A stretch of DNA of 64,000 nt from a virus: positions 116,378 to 180,377 of the IMG/VR virus record IMGVR_UViG_3300024239_000355, one strand, 5' to 3'. Every line of letters starts with the position of its first letter. The first letter of the stretch is position 1. This document shows positions 53,914 through 64,000 of this stretch, in pieces. The translations under genes and the position numbers were made by a program. The notes below the pieces were generated by a model. That model saw nothing but the letters and a program-made list of their open reading frames with translations. It ran no database searches and was not told the origin of the DNA.

Positions 53914-55913
53914 TACACATTTGGATACGGTCCCGATGGGACGAAGCTGCTCGTGTACCGAGCCACGCCCTTGGTGATGCGAAGTTCGTCTATATTACCG
54001 TTTAACTCAGATTCCCACGATGGGTACAGTTCAGAGCCAAGCAACAATTCATTTTTACCAATCACCTCATCAGACGGTGTTACATTGTTAGAACCGGTTG
54101 GTTGAAGCACCCCGTCAATAAAGAGGTAAAAACTGCCGTTATAGCGACATGCCGCGTAATGATGCCATTCACCCAATTTGATCGTGGGTGGTTCGGTACA
54201 GCCCAAGCCTGCCCATTGCAATCCACCATTATTTTTCACATACATGAAATTAATATTCACCTGACCGCTGTTTGGATCATCACCTACCTGTTGATTATAT
54301 ATGTAGAATGTCCATCCGTAGTCAGTCCCCATTTGCTTTGCGCAACTGACCATGATGGAACGGCGATTACCATTATAAGATTTCGCCCATCCATTTATCT
54401 TCACCCATCCTTCAATGGTGAAATTCCCTGTTCCGAAACTATACATAACTGGACGCAAATTCTTGTATTGCGCATAGTCACCAGTACCATCAAATTTAAG
54501 TGATGCGGTGCCATACTTGGTGCTTGACGTATCAACAACCGCATTACCATACAATGCAACATCAGCACTGCTTTGATCATTAAGATCATCGGTGAACGGC
54601 AGGCATAATCGGCAATGCTGCCAATTCGGGTCAGAACTACCAATTGGTTGAATAGTAGATGGCGCCGTAAAATTACCAGTATATTTCGCAACACCAATAT
54701 AGATGCGGAAATCATTGATTAACAGGTTTGCGTTACTACTATTACCGCTTAGTAAGATAGTCCCGGTTTCTTTGGCTGAATATACAGAACCACTAAATGT
54801 ACCAGATGTAACAAGAACCCCGTCAATGAAAATACGCCATGTTGAGCCTTGGCGAGTTGCAGCCAAATGGTATCGACGGTTCATTTGCCATGTGATCGGG
54901 TAATTACACACCTGACCATGACTACCACTCGGTCCTGCCGCACCGAGATATAGGTTGTTACCATTCAAATCAAATTGAAATGGTGAGTTTTGGTTATCAA
55001 GTGTCCACTGAGTGATGATTGAAGACCATGCTTCAGGAGTGCTGAAAAACGTAAAGTGTCCTTCTATAGTCCAATCACTTGCACCAACGCGAAGATCATA
55101 ACGCGAGGTGGCTGAGTACCCGACATAACCGTTTGTGAAGGTACCACTGTACAGTCTCGCGCCTTTGCCCCCAGCAAGACCCCCATCTACGATGGTTGGA
55201 CCCCCATTGCTCCACTCAATGGTTTTGCCATACCACCGATCATCACGAAGATAAGTATCGGTTGGTGAACCATCGAAATGCACCAATGTAGACACCGATC
55301 CAATATTAGTGTCATTTGCTGCCTGGACGGTCATTGAGAACGCACGATCTACATTTCCACCCTTTCCATCAGATGCACGTATAGTGAAATTCGCAGTTTC
55401 GACCAACAGCGGTGTCCCGGAAATTATTCCGTTCACCAGTGTAATCCCGGACGGCAAATCACCGGAAACTACAGTATAGGTAATCTGATCGTTGTTCGGG
55501 TCAGTTGCCTGAAGCGTGATTGAAGACGACATTCCCACCGTGAATGTCCCCAGCGACCCCGCCGCCGTAACCCAAACCGGGGTCTGATTTGTCACTTCAA
55601 GTTGAAATGACCGATCTGTGCTTGAATATCCGTCAAAACAACGAATAGTGAAGCTATATACCCCCGGAATATTCACCGGGGTACCAGAGATAATCGTACC
55701 AGCAATAGAAAGCCCAGCAGGCAAAGAACCCGAAATGACCGTTAACATCAACGGCGCATTCTCGGGATCAGACACGAGAAGGTTCAATGTATACGGCTGA
55801 CCACCATTTGCGGCACCCAACGATCCCTCGGTGGTACCCCAGATCGGTGGAATGTTAGTTACGACTTTAAAAGCACCAACCGGTGCAATCCCACCTTTAA
55901 ATGACAAACCCAT
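53913..55913 (-). CDS. Virion surface protein: two He_PIG/cadherin-like Ig domains and two LamG domains
   Basis: GSLPAGL/GDLPSGI...ISGTP repeats. DWTIE/NFTIEGW, WHH.A..R, IDELRITKGVARY. Confidence 0.82.
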   Translation of the reverse strand: MGLSFKGGIAPVGAFKVVTNIPPIWGTTEGSLGAANGGQPYTLNLLVSDPENAPLMLTVISGSLPAGLSIAGTIISGTPVNIPGVYSFTIRCFDGYSSTDRSFQLEVTNQTPVWVTAAGSLGTFTVGMSSSITLQATDPNNDQITYTVVSGDLPSGITLVNGIISGTPLLVETANFTIRASDGKGGNVDRAFSMTVQAANDTNIGSVSTLVHFDGSPTDTYLRDDRWYGKTIEWSNGGPTIVDGGLAGGKGARLYSGTFTNGYVGYSATSRYDLRVGASDWTIEGHFTFFSTPEAWSSIITQWTLDNQNSPFQFDLNGNNLYLGAAGPSGSHGQVCNYPITWQMNRRYHLAATRQGSTWRIFIDGVLVTSGTFSGSVYSAKETGTILLSGNSSNANLLINDFRIYIGVAKYTGNFTAPSTIQPIGSSDPNWQHCRLCLPFTDDLNDQSSADVALYGNAVVDTSSTKYGTASLKFDGTGDYAQYKNLRPVMYSFGTGNFTIEGWVKINGWAKSYNGNRRSIMVSCAKQMGTDYGWTFYIYNQQVGDDPNSGQVNINFMYVKNNGGLQWAGLGCTEPPTIKLGEWHHYAACRYNGSFYLFIDGVLQPTGSNNVTPSDEVIGKNELLLGSELYPSWESELNGNIDELRITKGVARYTSSFVPSGPYPNV

Positions 55914-55967
55914 AACAAAGCCCCCTGTTCTGGACAATATCTCTTATTTAAGCGAACGCAACTATCA

Positions 55968-57290
55968 TTAACCAGACACTTCAGCAGTGTGAACGAAAGC
56001 CACCCAGCGAATAATTTTACCAGCCTCACCGGTTACTTTAATCACAAGTGCATTTCCAGTATTTTCGGCTTCAACAACCGCATTCCATGCATTCTGATCT
56101 TCTGCCATCAGAATAGTCATCGGTTCTCCAACCAGCGAAACTATTCCAGCATTATTATCAATAGCGCCTTCTATCTTGTATGCCGCACTTTCATCATCAC
56201 CATCAACACGTCGCGCAGCAATTTGAACAATAAAACTCCATGTAGTGTCTGTTGGAATGGGCAGAGCAGGTAATGATGTCAGAACACCATCCGCTGTTTC
56301 ACCTTTCACAACATAAAGCCCTGACCGACAATTAGTGTCCCCTATGATTGAAACATTGCTGTCAATAGCAACGGTACCAGTAGAAGACATGATTGTTTTA
56401 TTATTCACATCAAGGTTGCCACCCAATGTTGGTGCCGAATCCAACTCCATAGAGCCGCCACCAGATGTCCATACGAGATTACCAGCACCGTCAGTTCCAA
56501 TAACTTGTCCAGCAGTTCCATCCGCAGCAGGAAAAGCCAATCCCTTAATGACCACACGCCCGGTACCATTGGGGGTAAGGATGATGTTTTCGTTATTCAC
56601 GCTGACAATGGAATGTCCATTGACATCAAGATTTCCGCCCAATTTGGGGGTTGTATCAGATACAACATTGGCAGTACCGGTTCCACCACCCACTGCATCA
56701 GCATCCCAATAGAGCGACCCTGCACCATCTGTCTTCAGCACTTGACCGGCAGACCCGTCCACAGTCGGGAAACGCATTCCGTTCATAATCACGCGCCCGC
56801 CCATTACAGTCGTCAGGGTGATATTGGTAGTGCTGGTAATCGTTTTACCATTGACATCAAGATTGCCGCCGAGTTTCGGTGCAGAGTCCGCCTGTACACT
56901 GGTTAATGCCGTCATCCAACTCAAACTACCAGCACCATCAGTCTTCAATACCTGATTAGGCGCACCATCAACATTGGGAAACCTAATAGTACCGAGAACA
57001 ATTTTACCAGTCGGAAACAGAACAAGATCACCGGTACTGATGATTTGCTTTCCATTTACATCAAGGTCTGCGCCCAATTTAGGTGCGGCATCGGTGGACA
57101 GCTTGGTGGTCGGGCTACCCCACGTGAGGTTTCCAACGCCATCGGTGATTAACGCCTGCCCAACTGTACCATCACCCGCTGGGAACTTAATCGCCCCTAG
57201 CGTACCAATCGATAAAGACGGAATATTAACATAGCCAGTGACGGCTTTGATTTCGGAAGTGTTGTGATCAATAATCAAACCAGTCATCAT
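55968..57290 (-). CDS. Modular fibre protein (440 aa)
   Basis: Four P.LG(G/A).LDVN and FP..DG..GQ...TDG.G.L.W units. C-terminus paralogous to the 57299 gene. Confidence 0.75.
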   Translation of the reverse strand: MMTGLIIDHNTSEIKAVTGYVNIPSLSIGTLGAIKFPAGDGTVGQALITDGVGNLTWGSPTTKLSTDAAPKLGADLDVNGKQIISTGDLVLFPTGKIVLGTIRFPNVDGAPNQVLKTDGAGSLSWMTALTSVQADSAPKLGGNLDVNGKTITSTTNITLTTVMGGRVIMNGMRFPTVDGSAGQVLKTDGAGSLYWDADAVGGGTGTANVVSDTTPKLGGNLDVNGHSIVSVNNENIILTPNGTGRVVIKGLAFPAADGTAGQVIGTDGAGNLVWTSGGGSMELDSAPTLGGNLDVNNKTIMSSTGTVAIDSNVSIIGDTNCRSGLYVVKGETADGVLTSLPALPIPTDTTWSFIVQIAARRVDGDDESAAYKIEGAIDNNAGIVSLVGEPMTILMAEDQNAWNAVVEAENTGNALVIKVTGEAGKIIRWVAFVHTAEVSG

Positions 57291-57298
57291 ATGGCTCC

Positions 57299-60200
57299 TT
57301 AACCCTTAACCTCAACAACAGTCACATAAGCAACCCACCGTATAGACTTTGAAGCCTCGCCGGTCACAAATACCTTGAGAGTATCAGAGGTATTGTCTGG
57401 TTGGAAGTTTACGTCCCACGTCGTTTTGTCACGGGCAAAAATCTGTTTCGCCTGCACACCAACAATAGCCGTGGTACCGGTATTGTTATCCAGGCAAACT
57501 GTTATTTCAAAAGCTGCACTTTCATCGTCCACATCTGTGCGACGCGCAACAATGTACGATTTCGCCATCCATGTGGTGTCAACCGGAACCTGCATACGGG
57601 CGCCCGAACCATCCAAGTAGAGTTCAGCCGGTGCCGCACCGCTAGATTGACCACGCAGTACGTACATAACCGTGCGAGCATCACCGTAAACCGCGAAATT
57701 CCCGTTGCTGAGTGCAAGAGGGCTATCAACCACGAGGTTGGTAGCCGGATTGATCACAATGTCCCCAGACTGGCTTGTAATCGCCTTACCATTGACATCA
57801 AGATCAGCACCAAGTTGTGGCGCCACATCAGTGGAGAGAGTGGTTACCCCCGCATTGATCAATTTCCCGTCAATCGCCTGAAGGTGTGACCGTAGCGATT
57901 CGTTTGACGGAATATAATTGTTTGGAATGTAGCCAGCCGCGATGTCATGGCTCGAACGACCGAAGAACGACCGAGTACCCGATAGCGAATCCACCAACGG
58001 ATCACGGCTAGTATCGGTAACGGAATATGGACTGTTGGAAAGCTTATTGATACGCCCAAAAGTACCATCAGGTTGACGCAGACTTACCCCATCAATGTTC
58101 AATGCATGGGTGGATTGACTTGCACTAGATTGAATACTATATCCACTACTGTCTTTGATAATACAACCAATAGAACGCAGATTCATCACACCCGCATCAT
58201 GACGAACCCATCCAATAGTTGTACAATTCTCAATTAAAGTCGAAGCATTACCAGTGAGGTTTTGAACCTGCATATCAGGATTGTTGGCACCTTGTATAAC
58301 CAGCATCCCGGTACCAGACCCAGAATGGGCATTAACAACCGACCCAACCACAAAGGTATCCTTAATCAGCACAACCCCATCTACTGCCCCATCAAGACGA
58401 ACCGCATCAGTATTGACCGACCGGACAAACGAACAGTTGGTGATTGTGGTGGCACCAGGGTTGGTCAACTGCAAGCACACATCCGTGTTGACCACCTTGA
58501 TGTTGCTAATCACGGTATCGGTCAGACCGGTGCAACTAATTTTACCGTTGATGATGACGCGGCTTGAGGTGTGAGCGCCATAACCGATCAATACCAGACC
58601 AGTAAGGGTCGGGAAGGTCAAACTCTCATTATATGTACCGGGCATGACCAGTACGACCGTATTGGCGATTGCCGCACCCAGTGCCTTGTTAATCGTCGCG
58701 TAAGGTTTTGCCAAGCCGCCGTCGCCGGTCGCATCATTGCCATTCACTGCAACATAAAGAATGTTGCTGGCTTTAACCATCCCAGAAAGAGATGACCACA
58801 CTAAATGTCCGAAACCATCGGTGGTCAAAACTTGTCCCGAGTTTCCGTCAACTGTCGGAAACGCAATACCGTTGAGGTTAATTACCCCTGACGCGGTAAA
58901 ATCGGTGGCATTAATCACTTCAGGGGCAGACCCACCAATCACTACTCCATTAAGAGTACCACCCGTAATTACAACTGCGTTGGCGTTCTGCTGCGCCATA
59001 TTCCCAAGACCGAGATTGGACACCAGAGACGTTACATCAGTAGCCCCGGTACCACCCTTGCTAATCGACAGCGGACCACCACCAAGATGATTGATATCCA
59101 GGCTTTCTTCGACCACATCAAGCGCAACCGTATCGCCATCCACAATCGACAGCTTGGATGACCCAGTAATAGATTTAAAATGAAAATCAACCCCGTCTTT
59201 CTGCTTGAACAGACCGGTACCAGTACCAAGGTTGGTAACGGTGTTTGCTTCACCAGACCCGGACACCCCAACGGCATCATCCGCCCAACCCAGTGTACCG
59301 GCACCATCAGTCTTGAGGACTTGACCCGGCAACCCATCAGTATTTGGGAAACTTATTCCCGCGAATTGAAGAACCGGTGCATCAAGTACAATGGCGGTGG
59401 AACTAGTGATTTTCTTACCATTGACATCCAAATCGCCACCCAGAACCGGGGCGACATCATCGGATACCCGCATGTTTCCAGTGGTTGATAGAGCGCGGGC
59501 TTCCCACTTGGAGGCAAGCTCATTCCAAGTCAGCACTTGCCCATCAGTTGGATTGGCGGCGACATTGGCGAGATCGTTCAGAACCGAAGGTATTGTTGGA
59601 ATCGTTGGGATATCTGGCTTGTTGATAAGTTCTTCATAGTTCCCTGAGAACGCCACATCAGCAAAGTCAGGCTTTCCAGTCAGATCACCATAAGCACCCG
59701 TCTTCGCAACCGGCGCAAGAGCCATAAATTCCAATCCATTACCAGTCGCTCGTACCGACAACACAGTACCTTCGGCACCCGTATAATCATCGGGAACGTC
59801 AGTAAGGTGAACAAATTTCGTAACCGCTGTTGCGGGGATGTCCACGTCAATGGTAATTGTGTCGCCAATACTGACCAGATTGACGTTCTGACCAGCCTGA
59901 AGGGATTTGAACTTCAGATCAACGCCAGCTTTTTCTTTGAATAGACCAACCCCAGTACCAACATTGCTCGCGGTATTGGTTTCACCAGGGACAGTGATAT
60001 TCTCAATGACCAATGCCCCATCATCTTCATAAATGTTGACGCCGCCACCGGCTTTCAGAGAACGAAACTGAAGTTCAGTATTGTACTTGCCGTTATATAA
60101 ACCAAACCCGGTTCCTATATTTGTTCCAACGTTAACTTCCCCAGATACGGCAGCACTGATGGTGACCGAATCATTATCTGAAGTTAGGAGAATGTTTTCT

Positions 60201-60508
60201 CCCGCACGAAGACGTTTAAACTCAAGGTCAGCCCCGGATTTCTGGAAGAATAACCCCTCACCAGCACTCCCACGATTGCTCGCGGTATTTGACTCCCCGG
60301 CGATAACCGGCGGAATACTGCTACTAATAACAATCTTCTTTTGGTTTGTCGTCGGTCCTATGACGCCATCCGCGTCAACAACGTCAATGTCGATACCAAC
60401 ACCAGCTTCAATACCACGAAGTACGAGAACACCCCGGTCGGCGTCGAACTTTTCAATCAGGCTGGACTTCTGGGCGCCATCGCGGAGGGTGGAAACGATA
60501 GTGGTCAT
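57299..60508 (-). CDS. Modular fibre/spike protein with one beta-helix module (about 1069 aa)
   Basis: KFDADRG N-module, GE.N repeats, YVAVNGND...PYATI.KA module. Late motif at 60545. Confidence 0.78.
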   Translation of the reverse strand: MTTIVSTLRDGAQKSSLIEKFDADRGVLVLRGIEAGVGIDIDVVDADGVIGPTTNQKKIVISSSIPPVIAGESNTASNRGSAGEGLFFQKSGADLEFKRLRAGENILLTSDNDSVTISAAVSGEVNVGTNIGTGFGLYNGKYNTELQFRSLKAGGGVNIYEDDGALVIENITVPGETNTASNVGTGVGLFKEKAGVDLKFKSLQAGQNVNLVSIGDTITIDVDIPATAVTKFVHLTDVPDDYTGAEGTVLSVRATGNGLEFMALAPVAKTGAYGDLTGKPDFADVAFSGNYEELINKPDIPTIPTIPSVLNDLANVAANPTDGQVLTWNELASKWEARALSTTGNMRVSDDVAPVLGGDLDVNGKKITSSTAIVLDAPVLQFAGISFPNTDGLPGQVLKTDGAGTLGWADDAVGVSGSGEANTVTNLGTGTGLFKQKDGVDFHFKSITGSSKLSIVDGDTVALDVVEESLDINHLGGGPLSISKGGTGATDVTSLVSNLGLGNMAQQNANAVVITGGTLNGVVIGGSAPEVINATDFTASGVINLNGIAFPTVDGNSGQVLTTDGFGHLVWSSLSGMVKASNILYVAVNGNDATGDGGLAKPYATINKALGAAIANTVVLVMPGTYNESLTFPTLTGLVLIGYGAHTSSRVIINGKISCTGLTDTVISNIKVVNTDVCLQLTNPGATTITNCSFVRSVNTDAVRLDGAVDGVVLIKDTFVVGSVVNAHSGSGTGMLVIQGANNPDMQVQNLTGNASTLIENCTTIGWVRHDAGVMNLRSIGCIIKDSSGYSIQSSASQSTHALNIDGVSLRQPDGTFGRINKLSNSPYSVTDTSRDPLVDSLSGTRSFFGRSSHDIAAGYIPNNYIPSNESLRSHLQAIDGKLINAGVTTLSTDVAPQLGADLDVNGKAITSQSGDIVINPATNLVVDSPLALSNGNFAVYGDARTVMYVLRGQSSGAAPAELYLDGSGARMQVPVDTTWMAKSYIVARRTDVDDESAAFEITVCLDNNTGTTAIVGVQAKQIFARDKTTWDVNFQPDNTSDTLKVFVTGEASKSIRWVAYVTVVEVKG

Positions 60509-60572
60509 CGGCAAATACCCCGTAGATTATTTTGATCTCCGAAGTATTTATCGACACCACCGCCGTTTAGTG

Positions 60573-61574
60573 TCAGGACAATATGGTACTCAAATCGTAG
60601 AACTTGTGTTGCCCATCATCAAACCCATATCCAATGAAATCGGTCGAAACCTGAGTAATGTGATTTCCCACTTCTACAACCCCACCGGTTTGTCCATCAG
60701 TCGGGTATAAGAATGTATGCCCTGCATTATTCGCCAACAAATACCGCCCACCACACACAAATATCGGCATGGATGGTAGCCCAGTTACCACTACCATTGA
60801 TGTTATACCATTCTCATTAATCGTTTGGTAAACATAGTCAATACCACTTGGGAAAACTGTCTTCAACACACCAGAATCCGTCAAAAAAACATCACTGATA
60901 GTACCAAATCCGGAGGTATCAGTGGGAACGGTCTTTACCGCAGTACCAGAACTCCAATCAATGAAATCAAATCTTGTAAGACCGGTATTATCAGTGTAGA
61001 CCATCGCACCATATACAGTGCTAGGCGATGCTATTTTCTTAACTAAAGTACCAGTTTGGCGGATAAACCCATACTGCGTTGAATAGGCAGTTGCATCCGC
61101 GAACCAACTTGAGTACCGGCGCCAATGATAGGTTTGCGCATCATACCGATCTACCGCCATTGCCATACCACCATCCCCTGATGGGTTGATCACAAATTCA
61201 AGGTCATTGGCGTTCGTTACATTGTAGAATGTGGATGGAACACCCCAAATCCCTTGTGAATCCTGTGACGACCACCGCATTTGCGCAATATACGGAGACG
61301 TTTTGTAGTTGATTTCCACGGCAGTTTTACCGTTCGACACAATAAGATATTTATACATCAAATTTGATGTAAAAACTGGTTCTGTCGAATCAATAAAGCT
61401 GTTTCCAGATTTCTCATAGAGATCAAATCCCACCAGAAATCCGGTACCGTCATCAAATAAGGTACCATCAACGGTTCCTGCCAATGTCTGGGTGGGTACC
61501 AACGTAATAATGTCGGGTGCGTCTACTTGCACACCCCCTGCCATGTAGTAATATGGAACGGGAAAGAACATCAT
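60573..61574 (-). CDS. Fibre-associated hypothetical protein (possible adhesin tip)
   Basis: Follows a fibre gene, GAGGT SD, aromatic- and beta-rich. Confidence 0.6.
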   Translation of the reverse strand: MMFFPVPYYYMAGGVQVDAPDIITLVPTQTLAGTVDGTLFDDGTGFLVGFDLYEKSGNSFIDSTEPVFTSNLMYKYLIVSNGKTAVEINYKTSPYIAQMRWSSQDSQGIWGVPSTFYNVTNANDLEFVINPSGDGGMAMAVDRYDAQTYHWRRYSSWFADATAYSTQYGFIRQTGTLVKKIASPSTVYGAMVYTDNTGLTRFDFIDWSSGTAVKTVPTDTSGFGTISDVFLTDSGVLKTVFPSGIDYVYQTINENGITSMVVVTGLPSMPIFVCGGRYLLANNAGHTFLYPTDGQTGGVVEVGNHITQVSTDFIGYGFDDGQHKFYDLSTILS

Positions 61575-61583
61575 TATACCTCG

Positions 61584-64000
61584 TTAGCTAAAATTCACCC
61601 CAGAAAGCGCACCATACCAAGTTATCCCCTGATCCCAGGTGGTTAATACTACGAGGTCCATCGCATCCGCACCGGTAGAGAGAACCGGTGCAACGCCCCC
61701 TGCCCACTTCACAGAACCCGGCCAAGTCACCAACCGTCCACCAATCGCATCCTGCTTCAACCACACAGATAGCGACACCGCTTTCAGATCGGGCATCGTC
61801 TGGCTAAACGATACCGTTGTGTCCGCATCTAGATGCACACAATGGTTGGAAATCTGAACATCCAGTGCATATGCACCGGTTGAAGTACCTTCCTGATGGG
61901 TGACAGCAACATTCTTTTCAAATTCCACAATACCGTTACTGCTCGTGATTCCCCATTGAGCAACATCTAGAGCAGCCGCAAGTTTTGGCGCCAAATCATC
62001 TTCCAGCTTGGTTAAACCAACGGTAATTTCATCGTGCCACGCCAAACTACGCCATGCAGACCAATCGGGCTGGGTATCATCCTTGACGCGAATTGCAACA
62101 TGATCCATTATGGAACCATCATTGCAATCCCAATTGACGGTCATTTGGGCACCACGATTGCCATACATCATCGTCCAACCAGACCGGTAGTCAGTCGGCT
62201 GATCAGAGGCGGAATAAGCGTCAAGACCAGAAAGACCATTGGCGAACAAAGTCGGCGCTGTACCCCCGGCTGGCGCGACATAATACAAGGAATGTCCGTC
62301 AACATACCCTTTGGTCACTGCATGATTTACCGCCGTTGGGTTGCCTACCAACATAAGGTCACCCGTCATAGTACCACCGCTAAATGATAACTTCCCATCC
62401 AGGGCAATTTCCGCATCAGCCATACGGGTTTTCAGACTATCAATCTCACCCACGAACCCGCTATCCGCAGTTCCCAGTAAGGACAATTTCTGGTCAATCC
62501 CATACAGGTGCCCGGAAATATTGGTGTCGGATGCCGTGTAATTAGCAGATGTGTACTCCGCAGCAATACCCGAACCACCAACCCACGACAATTCCCCGCC
62601 ACCATTAGTGCGAAGAACCTGACCAGCAGTGCCATCGGTATTCGGCCAGAAATGCCCATCCAGGCGAACCTTACCGTTACCATCAGGCACAAGGGCAATA
62701 TCCCCATCAACCTCGGTCGTCACAATAGCGAACCCGTTGACATCGAGATTGCCACCAAGAGCCGGGGTCGTGTCTTCTTCAACACTATGCAGCAAACCAG
62801 TGACGCGAACCGTCAGATCATCCGCCGTAGCATCAATCGCCACGTCGGTACCTGCCTTGATGGTCTTCAGAACAAACGCTGGTCCAACGCCGTCTGTGAC
62901 CAACGAGTTCCCACCAGTAGTGCTGGTGACGCTATAGACGACCGGTGTATTCCAGAATAGATTACCAGTACCATCGGTGGTCAATACTTGCCCATTGATC
63001 CCATCAACCGATGGAAGCTTCATTCCATTCAAACGAATGGTTCCGTTTGCCGCCAAATCGGTAAACTTGGCTTTGCCAGCCAACCCATATCCAATCTCAA
63101 CGCCATTGATCATACCACCCTGGATGTCAACGTTCGCCTTGGATTGGATTGCCATATCGCGCAGACCAAGAGCCACACGTGCGGACACCGGATCGGTCAG
63201 GTCGGAGAGGTTATTGGAAATACGCAGGTATCGCGTGTCGTTGTAACCACGGTTGGCAACATGGACATCTTGGTTCGGTGCATTTGTGACCGCCAAATAC
63301 CCAGCACCAGGGGTCCAATATTCGTTGTTTTCATCAAAGAACCATGTGGCATCCTGTTGGGTGCCGCGCTCGATATGCAGCCCGGCAACCCCATAACCGG
63401 CAGTACCCGGCTTGTTCAGAATGATACGAGGGGTGTCGAAATTCACCACCGCAGACTTGACGGTAGTATTTGCGCCCGTCACCAACAGGTTGGTCCGAAT
63501 GGTCGTCATCGTTTCATCGACGCCAATACGCTGAACACCCGCAGTGGACAGCCCAATAGAGTTTGGACCCGCTAGATAAAGACCATTGTCGCTATCCGCA
63601 AACGTCAATGCAGGCTGCGCTTCAGTACCATCAGTAAGAACAACCCGACCAACAGAGAACGAAAGATCACCCGACATTGTATCGCCGGTCACGTTGACGT
63701 AGCGAGCATCAGACTCGGCACTATCATAGAACCCAACGACTTCAAGGTTTAGGGTAGAACTCATCAAATCAGTAATCGTGACCGAACCCGAGGCATCGCC
63801 CGCTAGAGTGATGGTGAAATCATCCACATCAATCAACGGGTTCCCATCAATTCCGTTTCCGTTGGCAACAGTCAAACCAGCACCAACCGTGATAGCGCGA
63901 CGAGTGAACGTATCATTGCCAGACTTGACGACTAAACCATCCCCAGCCCCATTAATGGAGTCCAAAACCGCGCCATCCACATCCAGATCACGCCCGTCTA
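61584..64000 (-). CDS. Tail fibre protein, 5' end outside the window
   Basis: Frame is open to the window edge. GDTM.G.L, A.TK.YVD motifs and C-terminal L.QD..GGR..TWP..VKW.GG..P.LST domain. Confidence 0.78.
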   Translation of the reverse strand, partial: DGRDLDVDGAVLDSINGAGDGLVVKSGNDTFTRRAITVGAGLTVANGNGIDGNPLIDVDDFTITLAGDASGSVTITDLMSSTLNLEVVGFYDSAESDARYVNVTGDTMSGDLSFSVGRVVLTDGTEAQPALTFADSDNGLYLAGPNSIGLSTAGVQRIGVDETMTTIRTNLLVTGANTTVKSAVVNFDTPRIILNKPGTAGYGVAGLHIERGTQQDATWFFDENNEYWTPGAGYLAVTNAPNQDVHVANRGYNDTRYLRISNNLSDLTDPVSARVALGLRDMAIQSKANVDIQGGMINGVEIGYGLAGKAKFTDLAANGTIRLNGMKLPSVDGINGQVLTTDGTGNLFWNTPVVYSVTSTTGGNSLVTDGVGPAFVLKTIKAGTDVAIDATADDLTVRVTGLLHSVEEDTTPALGGNLDVNGFAIVTTEVDGDIALVPDGNGKVRLDGHFWPNTDGTAGQVLRTNGGGELSWVGGSGIAAEYTSANYTASDTNISGHLYGIDQKLSLLGTADSGFVGEIDSLKTRMADAEIALDGKLSFSGGTMTGDLMLVGNPTAVNHAVTKGYVDGHSLYYVAPAGGTAPTLFANGLSGLDAYSASDQPTDYRSGWTMMYGNRGAQMTVNWDCNDGSIMDHVAIRVKDDTQPDWSAWRSLAWHDEITVGLTKLEDDLAPKLAAALDVAQWGITSSNGIVEFEKNVAVTHQEGTSTGAYALDVQISNHCVHLDADTTVSFSQTMPDLKAVSLSVWLKQDAIGGRLVTWPGSVKWAGGVAPVLSTGADAMDLVVLTTWDQGITWYGALSGVNFS

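Noticed and set aside
26296-64000. Diversity-generating retroelement or invertase shufflon acting on fibre genes
   Set aside because: No reverse transcriptase, recombinase, adenine-specific TR/VR pair or inverted crossover sites are visible in the window.
1-64000. Stop-codon reassignment
   Set aside because: Conserved genes are full length under the standard code, and TAA, TAG and TGA all end genes.

Overview
This is a 64-kb segment of a large (jumbo-type) T4-like myophage genome, read mostly on the minus strand, with no CRISPR array, rRNA or canonical tRNA. The left part (1-24 kb) is a replication/recombination module. It holds a gp41/DnaB helicase, gp61-like primase, a 201-aa miniature DnaE/PolC-type polymerase core, a gp62-like clamp-loader subunit, UvsW carrying a class-3 LAGLIDADG intein, UvsY, UvsX/RecA and gp32 SSB. 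It also holds pyrB, an R2K-type ATP-grasp protein, a catalytically degenerate gp4/TnsA-like nuclease and two free-standing endonuclease genes. The right part (24-64 kb) is a long late-promoter (TAAATA) block of modular fibre/spike genes that share N- and C-terminal domains pairwise. It includes a 2108-aa protein with six tandem beta-helix modules and an intact S8 subtilisin. An opposite-strand island (50.3-53.9 kb) interrupts this block. It begins with apparently stand-alone structured RNA genes, one of them a tRNA mimic with a 5-nt anticodon loop preceded by a second tRNA 5' half, followed by five orphan early ORFs. Other structured RNAs lie at 5431-5538, 11608-11679 and 50287-50364. All protein calls come from motif recognition by eye and all RNA folds from manual base-pairing; no database search or folding program was run.
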